DNA of 64,000 bases from Gammaproteobacteria bacterium (GTDB taxonomy: Bacteria > Pseudomonadota > Gammaproteobacteria > Steroidobacterales > UBA11654), in assembly GCA_029242945.1 (NCBI GenBank), contig JAQWSZ010000035.1, forward strand, positions 12,695 to 76,694. The letters are read 5' to 3'. How positions within the stretch are numbered: the first letter of the stretch is position 1; every line of letters starts with the position of its first letter. The notes under the pieces are model-generated. The model saw only the letters and a program-made list of their open reading frames with translations. It ran no database searches and was not told the origin of the DNA. Shown here piece after piece: positions 1-8,876 of the stretch. The position numbers and the translations under genes are program-made.

Positions 1-16
1 TTTAGGTATACCTTTT

Positions 17-1033
17 CTAGAAAGATGTTAGAAAAGATGCTGCATTACCACCGGATACTTCAGCCTTTCTAGCTGCTATTAGATAGTCAACTCCTTCTGG
101 CGATAATTCATCATGATTACCGTAGATTCTTGTTACTCGGTTTTTATGAAATATTTTTACTTGTGAATGAAAAGGAATAACCGTTTCAGGATTATTGCCA
201 AAAAGTTCTCTATGCTTTTCAGGTAATCGGTACCAAGGTACTGTCATATTATGATGATGAGCATTATGGAAACCAAAGTTCAAAGTTAACCAGTTAATGG
301 CTTCAATGTTAAAAGAATGAGGATTACTGTATGTATGTATCTGTTCCCATTCATAGTCACCCTGTCTTGCTGGTTTGTCATTACTAAAAAGAGTTAGATT
401 GTAGGGGTAATCATGTTGAATTGAATCCATGAATCGCAGAACAGTCAAGAGTAAGATATAAGAGAAAGTATACAAAAGAGCAACTTTTGGAAAATAGATG
501 ATTAACGCTAAGAACATAGTGAATCTTATAACAATAACTGCAGTATTTCTAAAACGTTGATTTCTTCGTTCAGGAATAATAAAAGAAGAAAACATCATAA
601 TAAAATGCATGATAAATTCATGAGCAGGTATATAAAACCATTCAAATATTTTGGTTAATAAATATTTTTTTGGATTGCTTTCAAAAAAGGCTTCATAATC
701 GAACCAGACAACATCATCAACATCAACGTGATGTCTAAAATGCTTATGCTGAATATCTTTATACGTTCCATAGGAAGAACCACAAATCCAGCTAAAAATT
801 TCACCAAAATAATTATTAAATCTAATTCTTTTAAACACTAAATTATGAGCACACTCATGAATTAAGTAAGCGGCAATAATCATGGAATGCCCTAAAAGAA
901 GAGCAGATAGGATATTTATAATAATGCTTGAATCAAATAAGCCTAAAAAACCTATAATATAACCAACAATTGAATAAAGAATTGCTCCTCCGTTATAGAT
1001 CATTCCTTGAGATTCTTTAAATAAGTTTTCCAT
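17..1033 (-). CDS. membrane fatty-acid desaturase family protein
   Basis: 338-aa ORF with three histidine boxes (HECAH, HKHFRHH, HNAHHH) and several hydrophobic segments. Confidence 0.8.
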   Translation of the reverse strand: MENLFKESQGMIYNGGAILYSIVGYIIGFLGLFDSSIIINILSALLLGHSMIIAAYLIHECAHNLVFKRIRFNNYFGEIFSWICGSSYGTYKDIQHKHFRHHVDVDDVVWFDYEAFFESNPKKYLLTKIFEWFYIPAHEFIMHFIMMFSSFIIPERRNQRFRNTAVIVIRFTMFLALIIYFPKVALLYTFSYILLLTVLRFMDSIQHDYPYNLTLFSNDKPARQGDYEWEQIHTYSNPHSFNIEAINWLTLNFGFHNAHHHNMTVPWYRLPEKHRELFGNNPETVIPFHSQVKIFHKNRVTRIYGNHDELSPEGVDYLIAARKAEVSGGNAASFLTSF

Positions 1034-1081
1034 AATTAAAGATTAGCAAATCTATAATGATTCACAATAATTGACACCCTA

Positions 1082-1747
1082 TTAATTCCGTCTACTGTTT
1101 TCTCTTCTCCAATCTTCTGGATCTAGAAAATTACCACTCCAGATTCCTACCCTATTAGTCATTGCTTCAACCATCTCATTTTCATATCGTCGTGAATATT
1201 TTAAATAAGCAATAGCCATACCTGACTTAACCATTTCTGATTGAAGATCCAATCCATTGGCGTAACAGATACTGAGAGTTCGATCGTATTTATCTCTTCC
1301 CTCATCTGTACAGCGAACTTCGTTACCATCGATGAGTTCTCTGAGTTTTTTTGTAGCTTTTTTACCGCACGCCCAAATTTTGCCATTAGGTTTTTGACAA
1401 TATTGAGTTTGACCATAGAAATGACTTTCAGGTGCATCAATACCACTAAATCTAATCTTCGTTCCATTAATAGTAATGGTATCGCCATCAATCACTTTTG
1501 CTTTTCCAACTAGATCTATTTTAGGGGCTTGATCATCTCGATTGTGATATTTGTCATCCAGAGTTGTATCGCCATAGCCGTATATAGAGTCATTGCCTCC
1601 CATAGGAACTGATCCTGACTGAATGGGTGATGGTCCATCATCTCGTTCACGTTCGCCCTCACCTCCATTTTGACTATAAGAGATAGTTGGAAAGATTAAA
1701 AAAGAGATAATTGTGAAAAGAATTTTACTTCTATTGAATTTTAACAT
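1082..1747 (-). CDS. secreted thermonuclease (staphylococcal-nuclease fold)
   Basis: N-terminal hydrophobic signal-like segment. VIDGDTITINGTKIRFSGIDAPE motif typical of SNase-family nucleases. Confidence 0.75.
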   Translation of the reverse strand: MLKFNRSKILFTIISFLIFPTISYSQNGGEGERERDDGPSPIQSGSVPMGGNDSIYGYGDTTLDDKYHNRDDQAPKIDLVGKAKVIDGDTITINGTKIRFSGIDAPESHFYGQTQYCQKPNGKIWACGKKATKKLRELIDGNEVRCTDEGRDKYDRTLSICYANGLDLQSEMVKSGMAIAYLKYSRRYENEMVEAMTNRVGIWSGNFLDPEDWRRENSRRN

Positions 1748-1749
1748 AT

Positions 1750-2547
1750 TTAATAAGCCCTCTTAGTAAGTGTTCTAGCTATAGATCGAGAAATACTTTG
1801 CGGTATAATTTTTGCTAAAATTGCAAAAAATTTATTCAATCTGCCATTAATTAATATCATTTTACCATTCATTACAGCATCAAGCCCCTGCCTAGCTACT
1901 GTTTTTGAATCCATCCATAACCATTTGGGTGCTTTAGCTACTTCATCCATTCCTGCTGCAATATGAAATTCTGTTCTTGTTAGACCAGGACATACAGCCG
2001 AACAATGAATTCCTTTATCCAGATATTGCAGATGTATACTCTCTGAAAATTTGATCTGAAAAATCTTTACTGGACTGTATAAGCCTGCCATATCTGGTGA
2101 TGGAATAAAAGGAGCTAGTGATGCTAAATTGATAATTCTTCCATAACCATTATTGACCATACTGGGTAAAAATAAGTAAGTCAGTTCTACTATAGTATTC
2201 ACCATAACTTGAAGAAAGTTTTGGTGTCTTTCCCATTCCATTTCTTCAAACTTTCCTGTGTTACCGTATCCTGCATTATTGACTAATGCATCAATATGGA
2301 TTTCGTTATCTACGCAATATTGATGAATATATTTAGGAGCTTCAGGTTTAGAAAGATCCATAGAAATTAGGTCAATCCTAGCATCAGAATTCTTGAGGAG
2401 TTTCACCTTTAGATCTTCCAATCTATTCATCCTTCGAGCTGTAATCACAAGATTAAATCCAGCTTCTAAGAATACTTGTGCAAATGCCTCTCCTATTCCA
2501 GATGATGCACCTGTAATTAAAACCGTTTTTCTAGTCTGCTCTGACAC
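1750..2547 (-). CDS. short-chain dehydrogenase/reductase (SDR)
   Basis: TGASSGIGEAF Rossmann motif near the N-terminus; NNAG motif; length 265 aa. Confidence 0.8.
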   Translation of the reverse strand: MSEQTRKTVLITGASSGIGEAFAQVFLEAGFNLVITARRMNRLEDLKVKLLKNSDARIDLISMDLSKPEAPKYIHQYCVDNEIHIDALVNNAGYGNTGKFEEMEWERHQNFLQVMVNTIVELTYLFLPSMVNNGYGRIINLASLAPFIPSPDMAGLYSPVKIFQIKFSESIHLQYLDKGIHCSAVCPGLTRTEFHIAAGMDEVAKAPKWLWMDSKTVARQGLDAVMNGKMILINGRLNKFFAILAKIIPQSISRSIARTLTKRAY

Positions 2548-2550
2548 TTT

Positions 2551-2934
2551 TTATACCCTAATAATGTTATACCCCAAAAGTGCTAAAAGAACACCAATTA
2601 TCACCTGTGAGGCAATATATAAAACTAGTTTCAACAGTTCTCCATTCTGGATAAATAATTGGGCTTCAAAAGCAAATGCGGAGAATGTTGTATAACCCCC
2701 TAACACACCAATCGCAATGAACATATAAAAACTTGTAGGTTCAGATATTTTATTTGAAAAATATCCTGCAAAAAGACCAATAAATAAACAACCAATAATA
2801 TTTACAAAGAAAGTTCCTAAAGGAATAGCAGATAAAGGCACAGCTTTCTCAATTAATGCAGTTGAAAGGAAACGGAGTATTGTTCCAAAAAAACCACCAA
2901 TACCAACCCATATGCTTAATTTTAATATTTCCAT
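2551..2934 (-). CDS. crcB: fluoride channel CrcB/FluC
   Basis: 127 aa, four hydrophobic helices, GGYTTFSAF motif characteristic of CrcB. Confidence 0.85.
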   Translation of the reverse strand: MEILKLSIWVGIGGFFGTILRFLSTALIEKAVPLSAIPLGTFFVNIIGCLFIGLFAGYFSNKISEPTSFYMFIAIGVLGGYTTFSAFAFEAQLFIQNGELLKLVLYIASQVIIGVLLALLGYNIIRV

Positions 2935-2987
2935 TCTTATCTCAATAATTATTTAAATTTATCGAATCACACACTAGCATTATAAAA

Positions 2988-3131
2988 CTATGAAATTTCA
3001 TCTAAAAGTGATTTCGGATCATTCAACTTTTTCTTGGATGACTTTCTATCGTATTTAGTTTTATTTTTATGCGTCTTAGTCACACCATGCTTAGGTGTTT
3101 TTTTTCTAAATTTTGTTTTTTTCTCATCCAT
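2988..3131 (-). CDS. possible 47-aa lysine-rich small protein (not in ORF track)
   Basis: Manual translation gives MDEKKTKFRKKTPKHGVTKTHKNKTKYDRKSSKKKLNDPKSLLDEIS. It fills the gap between the cytochrome gene and crcB on the same strand. No family recognised. Confidence 0.25.
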   Translation of the reverse strand: MDEKKTKFRKKTPKHGVTKTHKNKTKYDRKSSKKKLNDPKSLLDEIS

Positions 3132-3141
3132 GTCCTTAAAC

Positions 3142-4179
3142 TTATTCCATTGAATCTATCCATTCTCTAATCAGAGCTATACCTTCTTGATGTGCTATTG
3201 ATCTTCCAGATTCAGGCATCATGATATCCGGCTCATTTGAGATCATTCTATAGAGAAGTATAGATTGATCTGGAAAACCTGGAACGATTGAATATTTATT
3301 GGTACCAGCTCCTCTGCCAGCTGCTACTGGTGGCTTATTAATACCAATACTTTTTCTATTATTCTCAAGCAAATTAAGATAGAGTCCTGTGGTATTTGCT
3401 GAGCCATTCTGTGAATGACAATGGCCGCAATTAATATCAAGATAAGCTCTAGCTCTATCATTTAGTGGCTCTTCCGAGTCTGAATAATTAGAAATTGGTT
3501 GAGGAATTTCAATATTTTCAGAGATTAGGTTCATTGCTCTCCACTTCACTAACTGATTCATAGGACCTTCAGAATAATGATGTATTTTATTAAGATTCCT
3601 TGGTTTAGGTCCTATAGGAACTAAAGAATTATTCTTTAAATGACACTCTTTGCATTGATTCTTATTGGGTACACGATAACGAAGATTAGTAAGGTTATTG
3701 GATGGATCCAAATATTGAGTTAAGACAGTCTTACCAGCTATATTTAAGTATGCTTCTTCTTGTTCTTTATCCCAGACATAAGTGATTGCTTCCCAGCCAT
3801 TTTTTTTATGCAACAGTAATCGCGTCTCAATTAAATTAATACGATCAGAATTTATTGCTTCATATGAGAATGTTTTTATAAGAACTGAGCCTATAGGAAA
3901 ATTAAATACTTCATTTTCTTCATACGCTGCTCTCATAGTTTGAGGAATATAAACAAATCGAGTCTTATCTGCATAATCTGTAAATAGAGGAGATATTAAA
4001 CTATATGGAAGTACACCAGTATTAGGTAATTGCCTCTGGGGATTACTGAAAAAACCAAAATCAGAGAGCTTTTCTGGGTGTGTATCCGATAGTATCATCT
4101 CTTCATTGACCATTGAAAAGACATTCAATGTAAAAATTAAAAAAGCTATAGAAATGGTAGCAACAAACTTTTTAGTCAT
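3142..4179 (-). CDS. diheme c-type cytochrome (resembles the SO_2930/HNE_0200-type family)
   Basis: Two CxxCH motifs (CKECH, CGHCH). Signal-like N-terminus from the MTKKFVATISIAFLIF start at 4179; the track start at 4200 is probably too long. Overlaps the upstream gene's stop by 8 nt. Confidence 0.7.
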   Translation of the reverse strand: MTKKFVATISIAFLIFTLNVFSMVNEEMILSDTHPEKLSDFGFFSNPQRQLPNTGVLPYSLISPLFTDYADKTRFVYIPQTMRAAYEENEVFNFPIGSVLIKTFSYEAINSDRINLIETRLLLHKKNGWEAITYVWDKEQEEAYLNIAGKTVLTQYLDPSNNLTNLRYRVPNKNQCKECHLKNNSLVPIGPKPRNLNKIHHYSEGPMNQLVKWRAMNLISENIEIPQPISNYSDSEEPLNDRARAYLDINCGHCHSQNGSANTTGLYLNLLENNRKSIGINKPPVAAGRGAGTNKYSIVPGFPDQSILLYRMISNEPDIMMPESGRSIAHQEGIALIREWIDSME

Positions 4180-5410
4180 TATATCCTGATGGCAAATCAA
4201 TAATAACAGTATTTAAAGGTTCAATAGTACCCTTAAAGTCGAGAGAATCTCTATTAACTGGATTTGGTAATGAGAGCATATATTGAATAGGTTTAATCGA
4301 CATAAAAGATGAATCATAGTTATCTTTCAGTATCAATTTATCTTGTTCAGGCTGGCCAAAAATCATTTGTGATAAGGGAAGTACGCCATCCCAAAATATA
4401 TCTGGCATATCCTCTTTAGCTAAATGCTTTACTACTGATGCAATTTCTTTATCCATATCAGGATTGTATCCAGAATTACTCAATCTATTATTATGTATCT
4501 GTATCGCCCTAGGGTGAGGATAGTAATCAGTTTCATCAATAGCCTCTTCATAAGAATAGCTGACTATCGCTATATTCATCGTTTCATTGCCAGAGATATC
4601 ATTATCAAATATTTCAACATCAGAATTTGCCATAACAATAACACCAGTACCTCTTGGGACTTCGCCTACTATATTTCCTTCGGGTGCAAAGTTATCGGTG
4701 TCATTATTGAGAATTTGATTACTAAATACTCTCACATGATGCCCCCCTTGTTGAGGCAAATCAGGTAAATCAAACACCAATATTCCACCTGTATTATGTT
4801 GAGCTATATTGCTATGCACATCAGCGTAATAAGAATTTTCAATCTCAATACCTGCGACATTATACTCAGCTCTACTATTACGAACTATGATGTTCTGAGA
4901 TTGTCCCACATAAATACCAGCATCCGATGCACCAATAGCAACACAACCATCAATTAAAACATCTTTGGATTGAACTGGGTATAAACCATAAGCACCATTA
5001 GTGCTTTTTGGACCGCTAGTCCATTCCGTTCTAATATTTATAAAATATATCCCATCTGAACCAATAGCTTTGATTGCATCCCCTTTGGTATTAGTAATGG
5101 CAAAATCTTTAAGTAATACTTTATTTGAAGTGACTAGGAGACCTTGGGCACCAGTCATCTGATTTGAGAAATCTAATATTGTATTCTCATGGCCTTCACC
5201 AGATAGAATAATATTGTCAATATCGAGTGACAATCCATCTTCAATTGAATAGATACCTGTAGTTAGATGAACTTCGTCACCAGGGTTAGCTAATATAAGA
5301 GCTTCTTGTATTCTTTCCTGAGCTTCATCTGATGGTGGAACGATGATGACATCTGTCAATGCATCAAAAGAAAAAAGCAAAGTAATAATAAATAATATTC
5401 TCATAATCAA
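4172..5410 (-). CDS. secreted parallel beta-helix repeat protein
   Basis: Signal-like N-terminus. Repeated short G/N/D-rich beta-helix-like turns (GIYVGQSQNIIVRNS, AGIEIENSYYADVHSN, GGILVFD). Translationally coupled to the downstream cytochrome. Confidence 0.65.
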   Translation of the reverse strand: MIMRILFIITLLFSFDALTDVIIVPPSDEAQERIQEALILANPGDEVHLTTGIYSIEDGLSLDIDNIILSGEGHENTILDFSNQMTGAQGLLVTSNKVLLKDFAITNTKGDAIKAIGSDGIYFINIRTEWTSGPKSTNGAYGLYPVQSKDVLIDGCVAIGASDAGIYVGQSQNIIVRNSRAEYNVAGIEIENSYYADVHSNIAQHNTGGILVFDLPDLPQQGGHHVRVFSNQILNNDTDNFAPEGNIVGEVPRGTGVIVMANSDVEIFDNDISGNETMNIAIVSYSYEEAIDETDYYPHPRAIQIHNNRLSNSGYNPDMDKEIASVVKHLAKEDMPDIFWDGVLPLSQMIFGQPEQDKLILKDNYDSSFMSIKPIQYMLSLPNPVNRDSLDFKGTIEPLNTVIIDLPSGYND

Positions 5411-5454
5411 ATACTATCAAAGAAAACGATTGGAATAATTAGAAAATAGTCTAA

Positions 5455-5544
5455 TGGCGGAGAGGGAGGGATTCGAACCCCCGGAAGGTTTGACCCTTCA
5501 ACGGTTTTCAAGACCGCCGCATTCGACCGCTCTGCCACCTCTCC
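5455..5544 (-). tRNA. tRNA-Ser (anticodon UGA), CCA encoded
   Basis: The reverse complement folds as a class II tRNA. It has acceptor GGAGAGG/CCUCUCC, anticodon loop CUUGAAA, a long variable arm and a GGUUCGAAUCC T-arm. It closely parallels E. coli tRNA-Ser. Confidence 0.95.
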
Positions 5545-5606
5545 TTATTCGTTAGAACCTGTATTCTATAGAGTCTATAGATGATTTCAAAGATTTATCC
5601 AATTTT
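5518..5606. repeat. direct repeat copy A: 5' 27 nt of tRNA-Ser plus 62 nt of its upstream flank
   Basis: Manual alignment to 6325-6412. tRNA part has 1 indel and 1 mismatch. Flank has 10 mismatches in 62 nt, with the last 26 nt identical. Confidence 0.8.
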
Positions 5607-5641
5607 GTCTAAATGCCTCAATGATTGCATTTTGATTGCAT

Positions 5642-5752
5642 TTATTTCCAGCTGGCTCTGATCTTCGTTTCAAGTTGCTGTATTACATCATCATCCACAC
5701 TTGTAAACAAGTGTCCATAGACATCCACTGTGGTTGATATAGCAGAAAACCT
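5642..5752 (-). pseudogene. C-terminal remnant of a tyrosine recombinase (phage-type integrase)
   Basis: Translates to RFSAISTTVDVYGHLFTSVDDDVIQQLETKIRASWK*. The ISTTxDVYGH block is the conserved catalytic-Tyr region of integrases. The frame is closed by a stop immediately upstream, so only ~36 codons remain. Confidence 0.6.
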
Positions 5753-5857
5753 TTATCACTACTTACTCAGAGCAGAGTTATTGAAGAAACAATTTAAAGA
5801 TCATCCTGAGTTATTAGAACAGGGTGGATTCCCTCAAATAAAAGAAGAACTAACAGA

Positions 5858-6268
5858 TTAAACAGGAGAATTTAAGTAGGTAATAGTTAATTGCAAACAA
5901 GTGGCAAAAGTAGCCCAGAGAAGATATGGAATATTTGCGTAGACTATCCAGCGAAGCTCAGGAGCGGCATACCACAGTGCATAGAGGGCCCAGACAAGCG
6001 TCCCAGCGACAAACAGAATATCAATTGAAGCAAGTAAGTTGTTTTTGAGACCAAACTGTAGTGGAGTAAATGCAAAATTAAATACAAGATTTAGAGCAAA
6101 AGGTAGTGCAATAATCCAAGGAATCTGCTTTGTGAATGCCCTATAAAAAACAGTACCGAATGAAATTGCGATAATCGCATAAAGCATTGCCCACACTGGA
6201 CCAAAGAGCCACGCCGGTGGCGACCAAGAAGGTTTTATAAGTTGTGCATACCATTCATAACTTTGCAT
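5858..6268 (-). CDS. tspO: tryptophan-rich sensory protein TspO/MBR
   Basis: 136 aa, five hydrophobic helices, Trp-rich N-terminus (YEWYAQLIKPSWSPPAWLFGPVW) typical of TspO. Confidence 0.85.
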   Translation of the reverse strand: MQSYEWYAQLIKPSWSPPAWLFGPVWAMLYAIIAISFGTVFYRAFTKQIPWIIALPFALNLVFNFAFTPLQFGLKNNLLASIDILFVAGTLVWALYALWYAAPELRWIVYANIPYLLWATFATCLQLTITYLNSPV

Positions 6269-6324
6269 ATAACTTATATATTATATTGGATAAGTATTTT
6301 TATCAAAAAACCAGGATAGACTGA

Positions 6325-6412
6325 CGCATTCGATGCTCTGCCACCTCTCCTTGCTCTTTAGAATCTGTATTCTGTATTGTCTCTGAATGATTTCAAAGAT
6401 TTATCCAATTTT
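6325..6412. repeat. direct repeat copy B: decayed 5' fragment of tRNA-Ser plus upstream flank
   Basis: 6325-6350 is the reverse complement of GGAGAGGTGGCAGAGCATCGAATGCG, i.e. the tRNA acceptor 5' strand and D-arm. Similarity ends exactly before the anticodon stem. No 3' half is present. Confidence 0.8.
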
Positions 6413-6455
6413 CTATCTGATCACATAATGATTTTCTAGTCTCCAACTTAAAAAA

Positions 6456-7148
6456 TTAGATCAAATAAAATAAGGAGATTAATAGAACAAGAAGAGGAAA
6501 CCATTTAAGAGACTTAATAAATAGGATTCTTCTCTTAAACTCAACTGAATCATTAACCCATGGATATGGTTCTTCAGGTATAGATACTTCTAAGAAGTCA
6601 CACAGTGGCTCCCATCCATCCTTTGCAGAATGAACCAATAGTCGATCTTGAGAAATATACTTCTTTACAGACTCAATGTGCCTAGTAAATACTTTCATAG
6701 CAAATTCCTTATCCTCAAAACGGTTCAAAAATGGAGGACCAAATACTGTGTTATGCATCATTTTCATGAGGCGATCACTTCTTGGAAAGATCCGCCTAAT
6801 CCATTTCGGAAAGTTCATGGGAACTTGATAAATCGTACCTCTTGCACTGTCATACCAAGCACTTGCATCCCTAACACTCAAAATAACTTTTGCATTGGGA
6901 TACTCATCAGCTAATTCTTTATAGTATGCAATTGCAGGCCAATCTACAGCGGATTGATAATTTTTGAAAACTTGCTCCCAATTCATTGGTTCACCTAGTG
7001 AGGCATTATAAAAATAATTTGTTTGTTCACCACTGAGGATAACTTCTTTCATATGGTGACAAGGACCAAAACCCAACTTCTCTAGAGCAACCTTTAAGGA
7101 AAGTGTTCCTGTCCTTCCAAAGCCTGCTCCTATTATCTTTAATGCCAT
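6456..7148 (-). CDS. sulfotransferase family protein with C-terminal membrane anchor
   Basis: N-terminal GAGFGRTGT PAPS-binding-loop-like motif. The MALKIIGAGFGRTGTLSLK start is typical of bacterial Sulfotransfer_4-like proteins. Hydrophobic C-terminal tail. Confidence 0.65.
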   Translation of the reverse strand: MALKIIGAGFGRTGTLSLKVALEKLGFGPCHHMKEVILSGEQTNYFYNASLGEPMNWEQVFKNYQSAVDWPAIAYYKELADEYPNAKVILSVRDASAWYDSARGTIYQVPMNFPKWIRRIFPRSDRLMKMMHNTVFGPPFLNRFEDKEFAMKVFTRHIESVKKYISQDRLLVHSAKDGWEPLCDFLEVSIPEEPYPWVNDSVEFKRRILFIKSLKWFPLLVLLISLFYLI

Positions 7149-7302
7149 ACAGATATCTTACCTATGACATAGTGTAAAACAAAATATTCCATTGATTTCA
7201 AATTGTGATGGATCAGAAATTAGATCGAAGGTAGATCATTATTGGTAAGACTAATATGATAATCTTATTTCATATAATAAATTGTTGAGTAAATAATAAT
7301 TC

Positions 7303-8874
7303 ATGAACAAAGACAATTATCCAGAGATCGGAGGAAGATCGGCTAAAATAGCATTAGCACTATTGGTCATTGTCTATATTTTCAATTTTGTAGACAGACA
7401 AATATTATCTGTTTTGGCTGAAGAAATTAAAGCAGATCTTAACATCAGTGATAGTGATTTAGGGTTTCTATTTGGTACTGCATTTGCTGTCTTTTATTCT
7501 ATATTTGGGATACCTCTAGGTAAGCTTGCAGATGTCTGGTCAAGAAAAAATATACTGAGTATAGGTCTAGCAACGTGGAGTTTAATGACGGTCCTTTCTG
7601 GGACAGCTAAATCCTTTACTTCTTTATCCATATACAGGGTTGGTGTTGGGATCGGAGAATCGAGTGCAAGTCCTGCTTCTTATTCACTATTATCAGACTA
7701 CTTTTCACCAAAAATACGAACAACCATACTTGCGATTTATTCAAGTGGAGTCTACCTAGGAGCTGGTATTGGTTTATTTTTAGGTGGTTGGATTGTTGAA
7801 TTATGGTCATCAGCCTACCCTATATCAATTGATGCCCCTTTCGGACTAAAAGCATGGCAAGCAGCATTTGTGATTGTGGGTTTACCTGGAATATTATTAG
7901 CCTTCTTCACTTGGAATATTAAAGAACCTAAAAGGGGTGGAAGCGAGGGTATTGAAAGTCAAATTGAACCACATCCCTTTAGATTAATGCTTAAAGAATT
8001 TATAGGAATTTCTCCATTTGGCTTAATTACAACTAAAGAACCCATTAAACTACTCTCTATCAATGCTCTTATTGGAAGCATCATCAGTATGATTTGTTTT
8101 GGTCTGTATCGAATAACTGGTGATACAGTGCAATGGGTTGCATTTGGAATTGGAATATATTTTTTGACCTGCTGGATTCAGGGATTAAAAACGAGAGATC
8201 CTGTTACCTTTGAAATGATTTTTAAAACCAAGTCTTTCATACTCGTCGTTTTTGGATTTCCTTCTATCAGCTTTATCACCTATTCCATGGCTGCGTTTGG
8301 TCCTTCTTTTTATATGAGAAATTATGGAATCACTGAAGCGGAAGTTGCAACAATACTTGGATTGATTACAGCGGTTTCAGGATCTATCGGAGTCATTAGT
8401 GGGGGCATCATAGCTGATAAGCTTAGAGAGAAATACATCAATGGGAGATTGTATGTAGGATTTGCTGTAATAATCTTGGGTATACCTACAGCATTGGCAT
8501 TTTTATACAGCAAAAACCTCTATGCATCATATGTTTACTATGCTTTATTTCAAATAATCACTCCTATGTGGGTAGGCATTGCACCAGCAACTGTCTCTGA
8601 TCTAGTTCTTCCCAGAATGAGAGGGTTAGCCAGTGCGTTTTATCTGTTGATGGTGAGTATGATTGGCCTAGCTCTCGGGCCCTACTGTGTCGGTAAATTA
8701 AGTGACATTTATCAATCCACAGGGTATTCATCGGGTGAAGCATTAAAAACGGCCCTTGCTACAGGCTTACTGGCTCTTATTGTGACAGCTATTGCGTTAA
8801 CCTTTGCTTGTTATTACTTACCTCGGGATGAGGCGAGTAAAGTTGAGAGAGCGAAAGCTTTGGGAGAGCTATAA
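7303..8874 (+). CDS. MFS transporter
   Basis: 523 aa, about 12 or more hydrophobic helices, DRQ/GKLAD-type MFS loop motif (FNFVDRQILS, GKLADVWSRK). Confidence 0.8.
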   Translation: MNKDNYPEIGGRSAKIALALLVIVYIFNFVDRQILSVLAEEIKADLNISDSDLGFLFGTAFAVFYSIFGIPLGKLADVWSRKNILSIGLATWSLMTVLSGTAKSFTSLSIYRVGVGIGESSASPASYSLLSDYFSPKIRTTILAIYSSGVYLGAGIGLFLGGWIVELWSSAYPISIDAPFGLKAWQAAFVIVGLPGILLAFFTWNIKEPKRGGSEGIESQIEPHPFRLMLKEFIGISPFGLITTKEPIKLLSINALIGSIISMICFGLYRITGDTVQWVAFGIGIYFLTCWIQGLKTRDPVTFEMIFKTKSFILVVFGFPSISFITYSMAAFGPSFYMRNYGITEAEVATILGLITAVSGSIGVISGGIIADKLREKYINGRLYVGFAVIILGIPTALAFLYSKNLYASYVYYALFQIITPMWVGIAPATVSDLVLPRMRGLASAFYLLMVSMIGLALGPYCVGKLSDIYQSTGYSSGEALKTALATGLLALIVTAIALTFACYYLPRDEASKVERAKALGEL

Positions 8875-8876
8875 CA

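Noticed and set aside
1201-1513. Nested ORFs (96 aa minus strand, 90 aa plus strand) inside the thermonuclease gene
   Set aside because: Alternative-frame and antisense ORFs within a gene that carries the SNase motif. Nothing supports them independently. The same applies to the other short track ORFs overlapping larger genes, for example 15647-15973, 17008-17310, 23355-23675, 30027-30347, 36842-37159 and 57240-57545.
2935-3141. Looked for a fluoride riboswitch (crcB motif) upstream of crcB
   Set aside because: The upstream sequence is extremely AT-rich. It lacks the GC-rich pseudoknot core (GGxGAUGG ... CCGCC-type blocks) that I associate with the motif.
6325-6350. Possible second tRNA-Ser gene
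   Set aside because: Only the acceptor 5' strand and a damaged D-arm are present. There is no anticodon arm, T-arm or 3' acceptor strand, so it is a fragment (treated as a repeat or att-like scar).
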